From Deltaproteobacteria bacterium HGW-Deltaproteobacteria-19 (GTDB lineage Bacteria > Desulfobacterota > Syntrophia > Syntrophales > PHBD01), in the NCBI GenBank assembly GCA_002841865.1, contig PHBD01000001.1:151001-215000 (forward strand): a stretch of DNA of 64,000 bases, written 5' to 3'. Within the stretch, counting starts at the first letter, position 1; every line of letters starts with the position of its first letter. Positions 25,238-35,700 of the stretch are shown in pieces. The position numbers and the translations under genes are program-made. The notes under the pieces were generated by a model, which saw nothing but the letters and a program-made list of their open reading frames with translations, was not told the DNA's origin and ran no database searches.

Positions 25238-27007
25238 TCAGGGTTGCCGTTCTTCCGGGAGTTCCTTTTCATCCATTTTTTTGACGATCAGGTCCACATA
25301 CTGCCGCCAGCCGTCGCCAAGCCTGCTCAAGGGGTCCGGCCTCCAGCGGTTTTTGGGTCGGGCGATAATGGAGGCGAGAAATGCGCATTCCTCGTCCGTC
25401 AGTTCGGAAGGATGCTTCTGGAAATAATACCTTGCCGCAGGACCGAGGCCATAGATCCCATCGCCCCATTCGATGATGTTCAGGTAGATTTCCAGGATGC
25501 GACGCTTGGACAGCTCCTGTTCGAGAGCAATCGTGATGAACAATTCCTCGAACTTTCTGCTCAGCGTCCTCTCCCTGGGAAGGTACAGATTTTTTGCCAG
25601 TTGCATGGTGATCGTGCTGGCGCCGCGGACAACCCGGCCGGCCCGGATGTTGTCCGCCGAGGCCTCGATGAACTGCTGGATGCTGAATCCCCTATGACGG
25701 AAGAAGCCACCGTCTTCCGCCGACATGACGGCTTTGATCATCGCCGGCGGGATCTCCTCATACGGAACAAAATCGGGGTTGTCCGGACCGACCCATATGG
25801 TGACGGTTTTCCCCTGTTCCGTCCGGAAACTGTGCCGGAAGGGGCCTTTCACCATGGAGATCCGGATACCCGGCCCCAGCGCGAGTACCCGGAGCCGGTC
25901 CGATTCACCCGAAAACCGGTAGGCCGTCCGGTACGGCGGGGCGGTGGCGATGGAAGCCGAAAAATTCCCTCTGAGATATCCCGTGACCTTCAGATCGGAC
26001 AGATTCGGACGAAACGACACGGGAACGGCCAAAACGGCGCGTTCGAAGGAAAAATCCGGAAACGTAGCATCCACTAGGATTACAGGCCGGCTTCCTTTCG
26101 CTGTGGCCACGGAAAATTCCATGGTTTCTCCATCCAGGGCCATCTTTCCGCGAACTTCCTCCAATCCGGCAGGGTTTCCAAGTCCTTCCATATCCAAATG
26201 GACCTTCAGGTTCCCATCCAGCCCCCTGCCGAAGAGGAGTCCCGAAGCGGTAAAGGCGAATCGACCGGGAGAGATTTCCCGGATGGCGGCTTTCCCGCCC
26301 AAGAAGAGACGATCGAAAGGCAGGACCGGTGAAGTGAACAGCAGCAAGGGCTCAAGGGAAACGGCATCCGCCTCGACCTCAGCCTGTCGCCCCTGATCCA
26401 TACGGAAGGCGATCTTCAGTTTCTCAGCTCCTCCTTGAAGGTTCAGGTTGGCGGTCCTGCTCACGGGATCATAACGGGCTTCGAGACGTTCGTAATTCCT
26501 CTTTATTGCCCCTCTGGGCGTCGAGATGTCGACGCCCAGCCCCCTGACGGAGCAAAGGATCGAGGAGGACGAAGAGAAGGTCTTTGCCCCGGCTTCTTCG
26601 TCCTTCCGGGAAGGGGAGAGCGGCAGGGGAAGGATCCATTCACCCGCAGCGGACCTCTCCAGATGGACATTCACACCGGCGGCTTCGAAGGATTTCAGGA
26701 TCCGGGAACTCAGGGATCGGTTCTTCAGATAATCCGTCAAGCGAATGCGGAAGGTCATCTGCGTTGCGTCCAGGAACGGCTTCTCCCGAAAGGAGATCCT
26801 GATCCCGGTCGCCCGGACGCCGTCCGGGAAAGCATAATCAAGATCGTCCACTTCACAGTTCAGACCGTAGTGCAAGCGCGCATGTTCCGAAAGACGAGGT
26901 TTCCAGAGCTTGACCTTATGCTGGATGATCCCGTATGCCGCAACCACGGTGAGCAGGCATAGAGAGAGGCCAATGACCGCGATGATCCTACTTCGGGTTG
27001 ATTTCAT
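25238..27007 (-). CDS. Monofunctional peptidoglycan transglycosylase (GT51) with large N-terminal AsmA-like region
   Basis: C-terminal GT51 motifs AEDGGFFRHRG, GASTITMQLAKN, RKFEE, LEIYLN.IEWG; N-terminal TM and about 350 aa beta-rich region. Confidence 0.85.
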   Translation of the reverse strand: MKSTRSRIIAVIGLSLCLLTVVAAYGIIQHKVKLWKPRLSEHARLHYGLNCEVDDLDYAFPDGVRATGIRISFREKPFLDATQMTFRIRLTDYLKNRSLSSRILKSFEAAGVNVHLERSAAGEWILPLPLSPSRKDEEAGAKTFSSSSSILCSVRGLGVDISTPRGAIKRNYERLEARYDPVSRTANLNLQGGAEKLKIAFRMDQGRQAEVEADAVSLEPLLLFTSPVLPFDRLFLGGKAAIREISPGRFAFTASGLLFGRGLDGNLKVHLDMEGLGNPAGLEEVRGKMALDGETMEFSVATAKGSRPVILVDATFPDFSFERAVLAVPVSFRPNLSDLKVTGYLRGNFSASIATAPPYRTAYRFSGESDRLRVLALGPGIRISMVKGPFRHSFRTEQGKTVTIWVGPDNPDFVPYEEIPPAMIKAVMSAEDGGFFRHRGFSIQQFIEASADNIRAGRVVRGASTITMQLAKNLYLPRERTLSRKFEELFITIALEQELSKRRILEIYLNIIEWGDGIYGLGPAARYYFQKHPSELTDEECAFLASIIARPKNRWRPDPLSRLGDGWRQYVDLIVKKMDEKELPEERQP

Positions 27008-27348
27008 GATGGCGTTTCCACGATCTGTTCATGTCTCTTCGATCTCCAGGTAACAGATGTAATAAGGAACAGGAATTGGTATATGCCATAAGTTCGATGT
27101 GATTTCCATGAGGCTCTGAAACGGGGGGACGATGGTCATCAAGCTCTTGTTGTTTATGCTGTCTTTTATGCTTACGGAGGAGTTTCCTGCAGGCATGTAC
27201 CTGGGATCTGACACAACCTTGATCTTTGACAGTTATTAACATTATTTCGAGAATTCCGTGTTTTGTTTTTCAACGACTTCGGCTATATAACTGGAGATCC
27301 TTTGAAAAATACCGGCGCATTCCGAGCTATGTGAAAAGGAGGAGGCAG

Positions 27349-27726
27349 ATGTTCCAGATCGCCACTTACGAAAATCATCCGGACGGGACGATGATTTTCT
27401 CCGAGGGATCCCATGGAGACTGGATCTATGTTGTCGATGAGGGTTGCGTTGAAATCTTCCGGACCGTGAACGGCAAGGAAATCATTGTCGCCCGGATGAA
27501 GGAAGGCGAGATCTTCGGTGAAGTGGCATATATCACCAAAGGGGAACGCACAGCGTCCGCCCGGACGGTCGGTGACACCGTCGTGGGGATTATCGACCGG
27601 AACTTTTTCGATCAGGAATACAATAAGCTATCCGACAATTTCCGGATGGTGCTCAAAACCATGGCGAGCCGTCTTCGGGCTGCCACAGACAGCCTGGTGA
27701 AATATCAGTCCGAAAACGGTGCGTGA
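27349..27726 (+). CDS. Stand-alone cyclic nucleotide-binding domain protein
   Basis: IFSEG..GD.IYVV.EG.VEI, GEIFGEVA, RTASA; no HTH; AGGAGGAGG RBS before ATG 27349. Confidence 0.88.
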   Translation: MFQIATYENHPDGTMIFSEGSHGDWIYVVDEGCVEIFRTVNGKEIIVARMKEGEIFGEVAYITKGERTASARTVGDTVVGIIDRNFFDQEYNKLSDNFRMVLKTMASRLRAATDSLVKYQSENGA

Positions 27727-27837
27727 ACCGGGAAATATCAGACGGGATCATGCGGGCCTCCGCATCATCGCATCAACTGGGCAAAGGTTCTCGATCGTAA
27801 ATTGTGCGAGAGAACGGCCTTTTTTTGCAGTCTTTCC

Positions 27838-28416
27838 TCAGGCCTGGCTGTCTACGACGGTTGACAGGTCTTCGGTCATCTCGGCAATCTGCACTTCCAA
27901 TTCCGGACTTGGTTCACCTGACGCTTCTGCAGGATTCAATGCCTCGGTTTCAGACACCCCATTTTCAGCGGGGTCTGTTGCTGTCAGCGATTCATCTGCC
28001 GTGACGGGTGACTCGACCAGGGATTCATCGGCGCCGACGGGCAATGCAGGCTCAAGATATCCACGTCGTTCCAGATTTTCCCGAATATGCTGAACAGCGT
28101 TCTGCAATCCCCTGACTTCCGGCCTCAGAGCGCTGCGTGAGGAAAGTTTTTCCAGGACGGCCAGGAGGCCCGTTCCCTCGCCTTTTATCCCGGTGGATGG
28201 AAGATCGGATCCTGACTGATCGGGTACAGTTGTCTCTTCCGCATTTGCCGATGCTCCATTCTCAAGACTGAGGATGTCGGCAAAATCTTCCGCTGTTGCC
28301 ACCTGAGCCGTCGCGCCTGAATTGTAAATTCGTTCGGCGCGGCAAGTGTGACTTTTTCTGCCCGATGCATAAAGGATCGGATCTGTTGAAGGTGCAATGC
28401 AATTGACTGACTTCAT
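27838..28416 (-). CDS. Acidic low-complexity hypothetical protein
   Basis: GGGAGG RBS; 192 aa, Glu/Ala/Ser-rich with one amphipathic helical segment (LLAVLEKL...LQNAVQHIRENLERRGYL). Confidence 0.6.
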   Translation of the reverse strand: MKSVNCIAPSTDPILYASGRKSHTCRAERIYNSGATAQVATAEDFADILSLENGASANAEETTVPDQSGSDLPSTGIKGEGTGLLAVLEKLSSRSALRPEVRGLQNAVQHIRENLERRGYLEPALPVGADESLVESPVTADESLTATDPAENGVSETEALNPAEASGEPSPELEVQIAEMTEDLSTVVDSQA

Positions 28417-28452
28417 GGTTGCCTCCCGATGGAATAATCTCGTAGGAAGAAA

Positions 28453-28468
28453 AGCAAACTTTGTGCCC
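28453..28468 (-). promoter_or_regulatory. Candidate sigma54 (-24/-12) promoter
   Basis: Minus strand GGGCACAAAGTTTGCT matches the consensus except first T>G; about 37 nt upstream of ATG 28416. Confidence 0.65.
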
Positions 28469-28873
28469 CGTTTGCCGCAGCCAACAACAATTCCTAATTA
28501 CGTAATTATTTCAGCATACTGAAACCCGTTTTTCTTCTATTCTTGAGAATCAATGACGAATCGACCGATGCCGGAAGCGGCAGTTTATTCTTCGCCAGAC
28601 TTAGGAGCATACTGCCCAGGAGCATCGCAAATCCTTCGACTCCTCCATCACAATATTTAAAGAACGCATATGTCTCAGCATCGAAAAGGATCTGCCTTGA
28701 CTACGGAACGTTGTTCATTTATAAATCTTGAAATTTGCAGGGGAAGTGCCAACAGAAGCGGTCCGTCGGCCCTATTGTCTGCAAGCTGTTGAATCCAACA
28801 GGGTTTGTATTGCAGCGAGGAAGAAAAACGGAATTCCATGAAAACACCACTTGAGAAAGACAGGAGGTCGGTC

Positions 28874-29128
28874 ATGAAAAAAGCCGGTTCGAAGAAGTCG
28901 GCCAAGGGTACCGAAAGTCTGGTTTCCATCAAGACGGTTGACGGATCCTTGCTGCGGGGAAAGATCAACCTGGGTGATGAAAAGAGGGTATCCGACATTT
29001 TTGCCAAGTCGAAGAATCCGTTTATCGTCCTGTACGATGTCACGACCCAGAGTGCAGAGAGCAAGGTCATGATCATCAATAAGGAACACATCGTCTGGGC
29101 CGAACCGGAAGAGGATGCCGCCGGCTGA
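28874..29128 (+). CDS. Small beta-rich (Sm-like, DUF6812-type) protein
   Basis: AGGAGG RBS; I.TVDGS.LRGKINL....RVSD.F.....PFIVL.DV......KVMIINKEHIVW.EP pattern. Confidence 0.7.
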   Translation: MKKAGSKKSAKGTESLVSIKTVDGSLLRGKINLGDEKRVSDIFAKSKNPFIVLYDVTTQSAESKVMIINKEHIVWAEPEEDAAG

Positions 29129-29214
29129 GTATGATACCCGAAAGGCGACCTGTAAAATGGCTGCCAATGATTCCAAGGGAAGCACCGACAAACAAGCAGG
29201 GAAGGGGAGAAGGG

Positions 29215-30210
29215 ATGCCTGACCAGGATGTCTACATGGAACTGTCGAAGAAGGTCGGAGCGGAACACTCCAGTATTGTTCCCCGGATCTGGGAAGCTGT
29301 CTGCTCGCAGGATGAGGCCCGACTGATCAATTCCTTGCCGGCAACGGCGGAGGAACTGGCGCGACAGTTTGATAAATCCCGGAATGAAATGGAAAACATC
29401 CTCCAGTTTCTCTTCCGGAAGGGACTTGTTTTTGAAGCGATCAAAGATGGGCGGGCGATCTATCGAATGCCGCGACACATCATCCAGTTCCACGATGCCT
29501 CGACCCTCTGGCCGGACGCGTCGATCGAACTTCTCGATCTCTGGCGTCGCTATACGGAGGAAGAATATCCGCAGGTGCCGGTCCTTCTGAAGGCAATTCA
29601 GGCGCCTCCATTCTTCAGGGTGATTCCCATCAATGAGAAAATCGAACCGGAGAGCCAGGTCCTCGCCTATGAGGATGCCAGCCGGATCGTCGAAAACGCC
29701 GCCGTCCTCGCCGTTACAAAATGTCCCTGCCGGATGATCATGCGCAAATGTGATAAACCGCTGGAGGTTTGCCTCCAGATGAACCGGGGAGCTGAATATG
29801 CCATCAAGCGGGGAACGGGTCGACAAGTCGACGTCGAGGAGGCAAAAGCCATTCTCCGCAGTGCAGAAGAGGCCGGGCTGGTTCACCTGACCGAAAACAA
29901 GGCCGGCATTGGAACGGTGATCTGCAACTGCTGCCAGTGCTGCTGCGTAGGTCTTCCCTATGCCCGCAAGGCGGAGACGAACGGCCTGCTGGTTCCCAGC
30001 AGGTATCGGGCCGTTGTCGAGGCGTCATCCTGCACAGGATGCGGGATCTGTGTGGATGACTGTCCCATGGGGGCCATATCACTGGATGCAGGAGACGTGG
30101 CAAGCGTGAACGCCGACACCTGCATCGGATGCGGCGTCTGCAGCCATTCCTGTCCGCCCGGGGCGATCCACTTGACGGTTGCGCGAGGCCGGGACTTCAT
30201 CCCGGCGTAG
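29215..30210 (+). CDS. 4Fe-4S binding protein with N-terminal HTH-like region and Cys-rich middle domain
   Basis: KCPCR...CDKPLEVC, ICNCCQCCC, C-terminal CTGCGICVDDCP and CIGCGVCSHSCP. Confidence 0.88.
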   Translation: MPDQDVYMELSKKVGAEHSSIVPRIWEAVCSQDEARLINSLPATAEELARQFDKSRNEMENILQFLFRKGLVFEAIKDGRAIYRMPRHIIQFHDASTLWPDASIELLDLWRRYTEEEYPQVPVLLKAIQAPPFFRVIPINEKIEPESQVLAYEDASRIVENAAVLAVTKCPCRMIMRKCDKPLEVCLQMNRGAEYAIKRGTGRQVDVEEAKAILRSAEEAGLVHLTENKAGIGTVICNCCQCCCVGLPYARKAETNGLLVPSRYRAVVEASSCTGCGICVDDCPMGAISLDAGDVASVNADTCIGCGVCSHSCPPGAIHLTVARGRDFIPA

Positions 30211-30217
30211 CCTCCGG

Positions 30218-31009
30218 ATGAAAAAAATCCTCGTCCAGATCTACGAAATTCAGGAACCCCAGGAAGCAGCACCACTTATTGAACTGGGTGTTGATCACAT
30301 CGGCGGAGTGATCCTGTTTCGCGATCAGTGGCGAATGCCACTTCTCCGGGAGTCCATCGAACTGATCAACCAGTCTTCATCGGCGAGCACACTGATTCCG
30401 CTGCTCATGGAAACCGATGGAATTCTCCAGGCTATCGCATATTACAATCCCAGACTGGTCCATTTCTGCGACGATATTCCCCTTCAGGATGGGAACCACA
30501 CAGAGAAAGCATGCGAAAGGATCATCCGGCTTCACGAGCGTGTCCACCGTGAATTCCCCGCCATCAGGGTCATTCGATCCATACCTGTTCCGGAGGCCCA
30601 TCTGCCGGGTGTCGATGAGGCCGGACGCGCAGTCCTTCGGATTGCCTCCCTGCTTGAGGATTCGTGTGATTTCTTCATGACCGACACACTTATGGGCTGG
30701 ACAACCGGTGAATCCTCAAGCCCACAGCCCGTGGAAGGATTCGTCGGAATCACGGGGAGGTGCTGCCACTGGGGAATCGCCTCCGCTCTTTGCCGGCAGG
30801 CTCGAATCCCGGTGATCCTTGCCGGAGGCATTTCGCCGGACAATGTCCGGGAGGCTCTTCTGGCCGTCCGTCCGGCAGGAGTGGACAGTTGTACGCTGAC
30901 CAACATCACGGACCACAAGGGCTTGCCTGTTCGCTTCCGGAAGGATCCCGCCAGGGTCCGCCGGCTCCTCGATGAGGTTCGGCTCATAGAGGCCGACTCC
31001 GATTCCTGA
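30218..31009 (+). CDS. Phosphoribosylanthranilate isomerase-like (TrpF-like) TIM barrel
   Basis: GVDHIG, FFMTDT, GITG, PVILAGGISPDNV..AL..VRPAGVDSCT; lacks the usual N-terminal KICG. Confidence 0.7.
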   Translation: MKKILVQIYEIQEPQEAAPLIELGVDHIGGVILFRDQWRMPLLRESIELINQSSSASTLIPLLMETDGILQAIAYYNPRLVHFCDDIPLQDGNHTEKACERIIRLHERVHREFPAIRVIRSIPVPEAHLPGVDEAGRAVLRIASLLEDSCDFFMTDTLMGWTTGESSSPQPVEGFVGITGRCCHWGIASALCRQARIPVILAGGISPDNVREALLAVRPAGVDSCTLTNITDHKGLPVRFRKDPARVRRLLDEVRLIEADSDS

Positions 31010-31242
31010 TGCGTCAACTGGAAAATCCTTGTACTTTGCTCTCTCTTCAGTCCCTGATCCGCATTCAAGTCCATTGAGTCATACATCTTTGCTCTTTCCT
31101 GTCCTGCATGCCATGCATCAGCAGGCCTAATCCCCTTGCAAACCAGCGTCACGTCGGATATCTTACGGGGCCTTCGATGAGACGGCCGATTCTTATAGCC
31201 CGGGTCGTCGCATGGAAGATGCATCCTCAGGGAGGTCGTTCG

Positions 31243-31767
31243 ATGCAGGAGAGGGAAGGGGTCAGACAGCTTCCGAAAATGGAAAACCACTTGTGTTTCG
31301 GCTGTGGACCAGCCAATGAACACGGGTTGAATATGCAGTTTTATGGCAATGGTGCGTCCATCATGTCCTGGGTCACAGTGCCCGGGCATCTGTGCGGATG
31401 GAACAATCTGGTTCACGGTGGAATCATCTCCACACTCCTCGATGAGATCATGAGCAGTTCTGTGGTTTACGTTCTCCAGGCCATGGGGATGACCCGTTCG
31501 ATGTCCCTCGATTTTATCCAGCCCGTTTACGCAGGCCGGGAGATAAAAGTTCAAAGCAGGATCCTGGAAGTTAAAAACGGGCGCGAGGCTACCGTTGAAG
31601 GAATTCTGAGTAATGAAAACGGCGAGATATGCGCAAAATCCACGGGAACGTACATCCTGTTTTCCCCGGAAAAGATCCGTAAGATGGGAATCATCACGGA
31701 TGATGTGGTGGGATGGTTCGAACACTTCATTCAGGGGAGGGAAGTCTCCGGACAAGGGGCAGCTTGA
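31243..31767 (+). CDS. PaaI family (hotdog) thioesterase
   Basis: CFGCG..N..GL...F, CGWNNLVHGGIISTLLDE; GGAGG RBS before ATG 31243. Confidence 0.9.
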   Translation: MQEREGVRQLPKMENHLCFGCGPANEHGLNMQFYGNGASIMSWVTVPGHLCGWNNLVHGGIISTLLDEIMSSSVVYVLQAMGMTRSMSLDFIQPVYAGREIKVQSRILEVKNGREATVEGILSNENGEICAKSTGTYILFSPEKIRKMGIITDDVVGWFEHFIQGREVSGQGAA

Positions 31768-31835
31768 GCGGAGATCCCATTTGAATCCGTATGAAATCAA
31801 ATCTCGATCATATACCAGAAGGAAGCGGACGACCC

Positions 31836-32663
31836 GTGAATACGAAGACTGTAACCATCGCCGTTCTTCTGCTTTCGATTGCAACCATTCTTCTCTGCGT
31901 GTTTTTCCTGCATCAAGGCTCCGGTCGTCTCGAAGCGGCTCCGTCAGGCAAGGTGTTCTGCGACCGGATGGTGTGGCAGGAGTTTGGGAAGAGGGGCTCC
32001 CAGATAACAATCTGGAAGCAGCGCGGGTATGATGTCTTCTTTTTCGAAACCGGCATGACTATTGACGCGGACGGATCTCCGCACGCATACCATCCGTCAA
32101 ACATAGGAATCGATGATAATGAAAACGGCAAGGACGAGCAGGGCAACTGGGTTGGGATCGTTCTGGCAAACAAGAAACCTTACATCCAGAATTCAACGGA
32201 TCCGGCCCCTGGGTACTACGTTTCCGCCACCAGCCTTTACGACATGACAAAGAGACGCACCGACCCGAGAAGATATGTTGATTCTGAGAAAATACCCTAT
32301 ATCGCGTTGCCTCGCCAGGTTATGCATCCGGACGGTCGCTGCCAGCGAGACGCCAAGGCCTGCCTGGGCGACATTACGATTGTCCGCAATATCGAGAACG
32401 GCCGGTATGCCTTCGCCATCCTTGCGGATCAGGCGCCATCCTCCGGTATCGGAGAAGGATCGATCGCCCTCGCCACGGCGCTCGGCATAGACCCCGATGC
32501 ACGCATCGGCGGAGCCAAAGAGGGAATCCAATACCTGATCTTTCCCGGAACAGGTGATGAAAAGCCCAAGTCAATCGAGCAGATCAACGACATGGGAAAG
32601 AAAATTCTGGAGCGATGGGGCGGCATGGGAAAACTGGATGCCTGTTTTGCCGATCAATCCTGA
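31836..32663 (+). CDS. Glycoside hydrolase family 75 (chitosanase-like) with N-terminal signal/anchor
   Basis: MTIDADGSPHAY, VDSEKIPYIALP, LGD...V, AILADQAP..GIGEGSIALA.ALGI, IQYLIFPG; hydrophobic N-terminus; GTG start 31836. Confidence 0.8.
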   Translation: MNTKTVTIAVLLLSIATILLCVFFLHQGSGRLEAAPSGKVFCDRMVWQEFGKRGSQITIWKQRGYDVFFFETGMTIDADGSPHAYHPSNIGIDDNENGKDEQGNWVGIVLANKKPYIQNSTDPAPGYYVSATSLYDMTKRRTDPRRYVDSEKIPYIALPRQVMHPDGRCQRDAKACLGDITIVRNIENGRYAFAILADQAPSSGIGEGSIALATALGIDPDARIGGAKEGIQYLIFPGTGDEKPKSIEQINDMGKKILERWGGMGKLDACFADQS

Positions 32664-32712
32664 CGATCTCTCATCCCCCCAGAAAGATCCCGCATAATCC
32701 CCATCCATTCCG

Positions 32713-35700
32713 TTACTTTATGCCCGTCAACACCTGCCGGAAGCTCTTTTTCAGGGCATCATACGCCGGCTTCATGTAGGGCCTCACCTGCATCTCATTC
32801 CAGTCCGTCCACGTGAACGCAGGCAATGTGGAGTCGATCCTGTTATTTCCGGAACGCGGAAGGCTTTCCTGGAAACGAAGCCCCGTCCCGGCAACGGACA
32901 GGTGCAGGGCAGCGATCCCGATACCGCCTCCCCGGGTGAAGACGGGTTCCGACTGACCGTCCGTCCCCCCATAGAAGAGGTGCGTGGAGGGGTCAGCCAC
33001 GTAGAGCATTCCCCAGGGAATCCGGACCTCGATCATTGTGCCCGTTGAGTCCACATGCCAGGCGGCCAGGGTCGAAGAGCCCGGTGCCGCGGGATCCGCC
33101 GTCCCTGCTGGCAATTCGCTCCGGTTGACGAAGACGGGTGGGAAGATACTTCCGTCTCTCCCCCAGCGCGGCGGGTTCGCCTGCGTCATCATCGATTCAA
33201 ATGAGGATCTATCCCGGACTCTCAGTTTGATGTCCTTCTTGCGTACAATGAGACGCCCCCCCGGCACGGAATCCTTTATCCAATGGTTGGGATTGAAGCC
33301 CTCAGCAATGAGCAGGGTGGCACGATCCGGGTGATCGAACTTCAGGAGAAATGTGGCCCCGTCCGCGATGCGGGGTGCCGGCTTCGGCAGTTCCCGGCTT
33401 CCCGCCCGGCCCGGCAGAGTGCTCAAGACCACCCAGAAGGCGTCCTTCTTCCAGTCGATCGCCGGGCTGTTTCTGTCCAGATCGATGCGGAGATAAAAAT
33501 AGGCGTAGTCCGACATGGCGCGGACTCCCCGAATCCGTCCCTCCCGGTTGGATGGTGCGGCCGAAATTGTGACCGCTTTTTCCCAGTCTTTTTCACTTCC
33601 CCTTAACAAAGGTACGGTATAAGCTGGACGATATCCAACAATGCCGAAGTTTTCTTCCGGATTGAGCATGTTCTGCCAGAACGTGCGCCGCTCCGGAGGC
33701 TGATCGAAAGGCCGTGTATAATTGTCGGCCACGGATTTCCACCATTCATCCAGCCAGGCAAAGACGATCCCGCCGGCACATCCCGAGTCCTTAATGTTTC
33801 GCGTCATGCGCTCCAGCAGGTCGGCCTGCGCTTTTTCGCTGAATCCGCCGTTGTGCCAGCCATCGGGATGAACATGGGCGACCCCCCAACTGCTCGGCAC
33901 GCCGTACTCTGCAATCAGGAGAGGCATGCCGCGATGGTGCTTTTTGAGGTCGAGGAGATATCCGTAATACCGGTTCGAACCGAGATCATCGCTGACTTTC
34001 GGATATTCCTTGTCGTACATGAGGAAGTCAGGCCAGTATGTGTAAACATGGAAGGCGGCGAATAGACCGGCGGGATAGGCCGACGTGGTGGTCAACTTCA
34101 TCACGTCCAGCGACACGGCATCGCTGTCATTCATTTCCTTGGTCGCCTTCTCTGTATGCATTCCGCGCATCGTCATTTCCTCGGCGTAGTTTGCCTCGGT
34201 GACATGGCTCATGGGATCCAGGGGGGGCCAGTTCACGATGGTCATCGGCCTCTGTGCATTGTACCGATCCATTTCGTAAGACGCGACATAATCGATCGTG
34301 TTGGCAAACCATACCTCGCTCGGATTTCCGTTTTTCACTTCGACATAGCGGCCTTTGTATGAGGTTTTGTCCGGATGAAGACGATTGGTCGTCAGGACGA
34401 TGGAGGTTTCCACTTCGCGTCCCGGACCGATGGCGAAGACATACGGGGAGACGTCTGCGGTGTAGACGCCAGCGGCATGGCCCGGGCGGTAAGGGATTAC
34501 CGCATTTCCGTGAAGCAGGTCGACGATGCGACGGGCCTCCTCAAGAAATTCTTCCCGCCATTGGCTGTTGTAAAGATCCAGCATATCTTCCTTTTCACTC
34601 AGCCAGACCTCCTGGAAGAGCCACAGTGGACGGGAAGCCTTTTCGTTGTAGATTTTCAGGGCCGTGTAAAAGGCCGGCGGCAGGATCGTGTAGGCCCGGA
34701 TCATGTTCGATTCCATCGCCGCTATCTGGTCAAACCAGGTTAAGTACGCGGCGACATCCCTGGGGGCCGTCGAGGGGTATTCACCGGGAGCGGCCGGACC
34801 GATGTTTACGCCCACCAGGTAGGCGCGCTGCCAGCCCTTCCCGTTGAAATACTCGAAGTAATCTCCTTTTGTGCGATAGAGAAACTGCATATTGGCGGGC
34901 CTTGCCCTTGTGAGTGGCGACGGTTTCTGCCACCACTGGACCTCGTCCGGCCGGACGCCATAGATTCTCGATAGTTGCAGCTTGGCCATATCGGCGCCGA
35001 TCCCTCTTTCAATCATCAGGCGATATACATCCGAGGCACCCGTTAGATTCCCAAGCCGGTAATGGCAATCTGCAAGGGATGACAGAACCGTCTCGTTCAT
35101 CTTACCGTCGAAAACGATCTTCTTGAGCAACGTCCGAGCCGCATCCCACTCCCCTTTCCGGTATGTGTCGATAGCGATTCGAATCGGATCTTCAGGCGGC
35201 CGTTCTTCGGTCAGTTCCAGGCGTCGCATGACGGCGAGGGCCAATTCATTGGCCTTATCCTTCTTCAAAACGGTTTCAGCCGCCTGTTTCGCCCCCGTTC
35301 TGTCACCGGTCTGCTCCAATGCCATGGCGAGGCCGGCGAAGCAGTCAAGATTCGTCCTGCCGTATTCCAGCCCGGTCCTGAAAGATTTTATCGCGTCTGC
35401 GGGAGTTCCGCGGCGGAGCTGCACATATCCGAGGCCGCAGTTTGCATCTGCCTGTTTCGCCTTGAGGCCAATGCTGCGCCGAAACGCCGTCTCCGCTGCA
35501 TCCGGTTCGTTCAAGCGCATGTAGGCCCATCCCTGGATTGCCGAAAGCCCGGCATCTTTCATGGCTTTGGGGGTCGACAGAAGAGTCACCGCCTGCTGGG
35601 GCTGTCCCTTCCTCATCAGGAGTAATGCTCGATCAGAAAGGCTTTCCGCAGAATACACGGAGGGTGTGAACACAAGGATCATGAGGACTGAAATCACGAC

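Noticed and set aside
27132-27239. 35-codon hydrophobic ORF (MVIKLLLFMLSFMLTEEF...)
   Set aside because: Only a G-run as RBS and no other support; it could be chance in an AT-rich intergenic region.
28736-28752. TTGGCAC-TTCCC-TGCA sigma54-like element on the minus strand
   Set aside because: GG-to-GC spacing is 9 nt instead of the obligatory 10, and no gene starts nearby on that strand.
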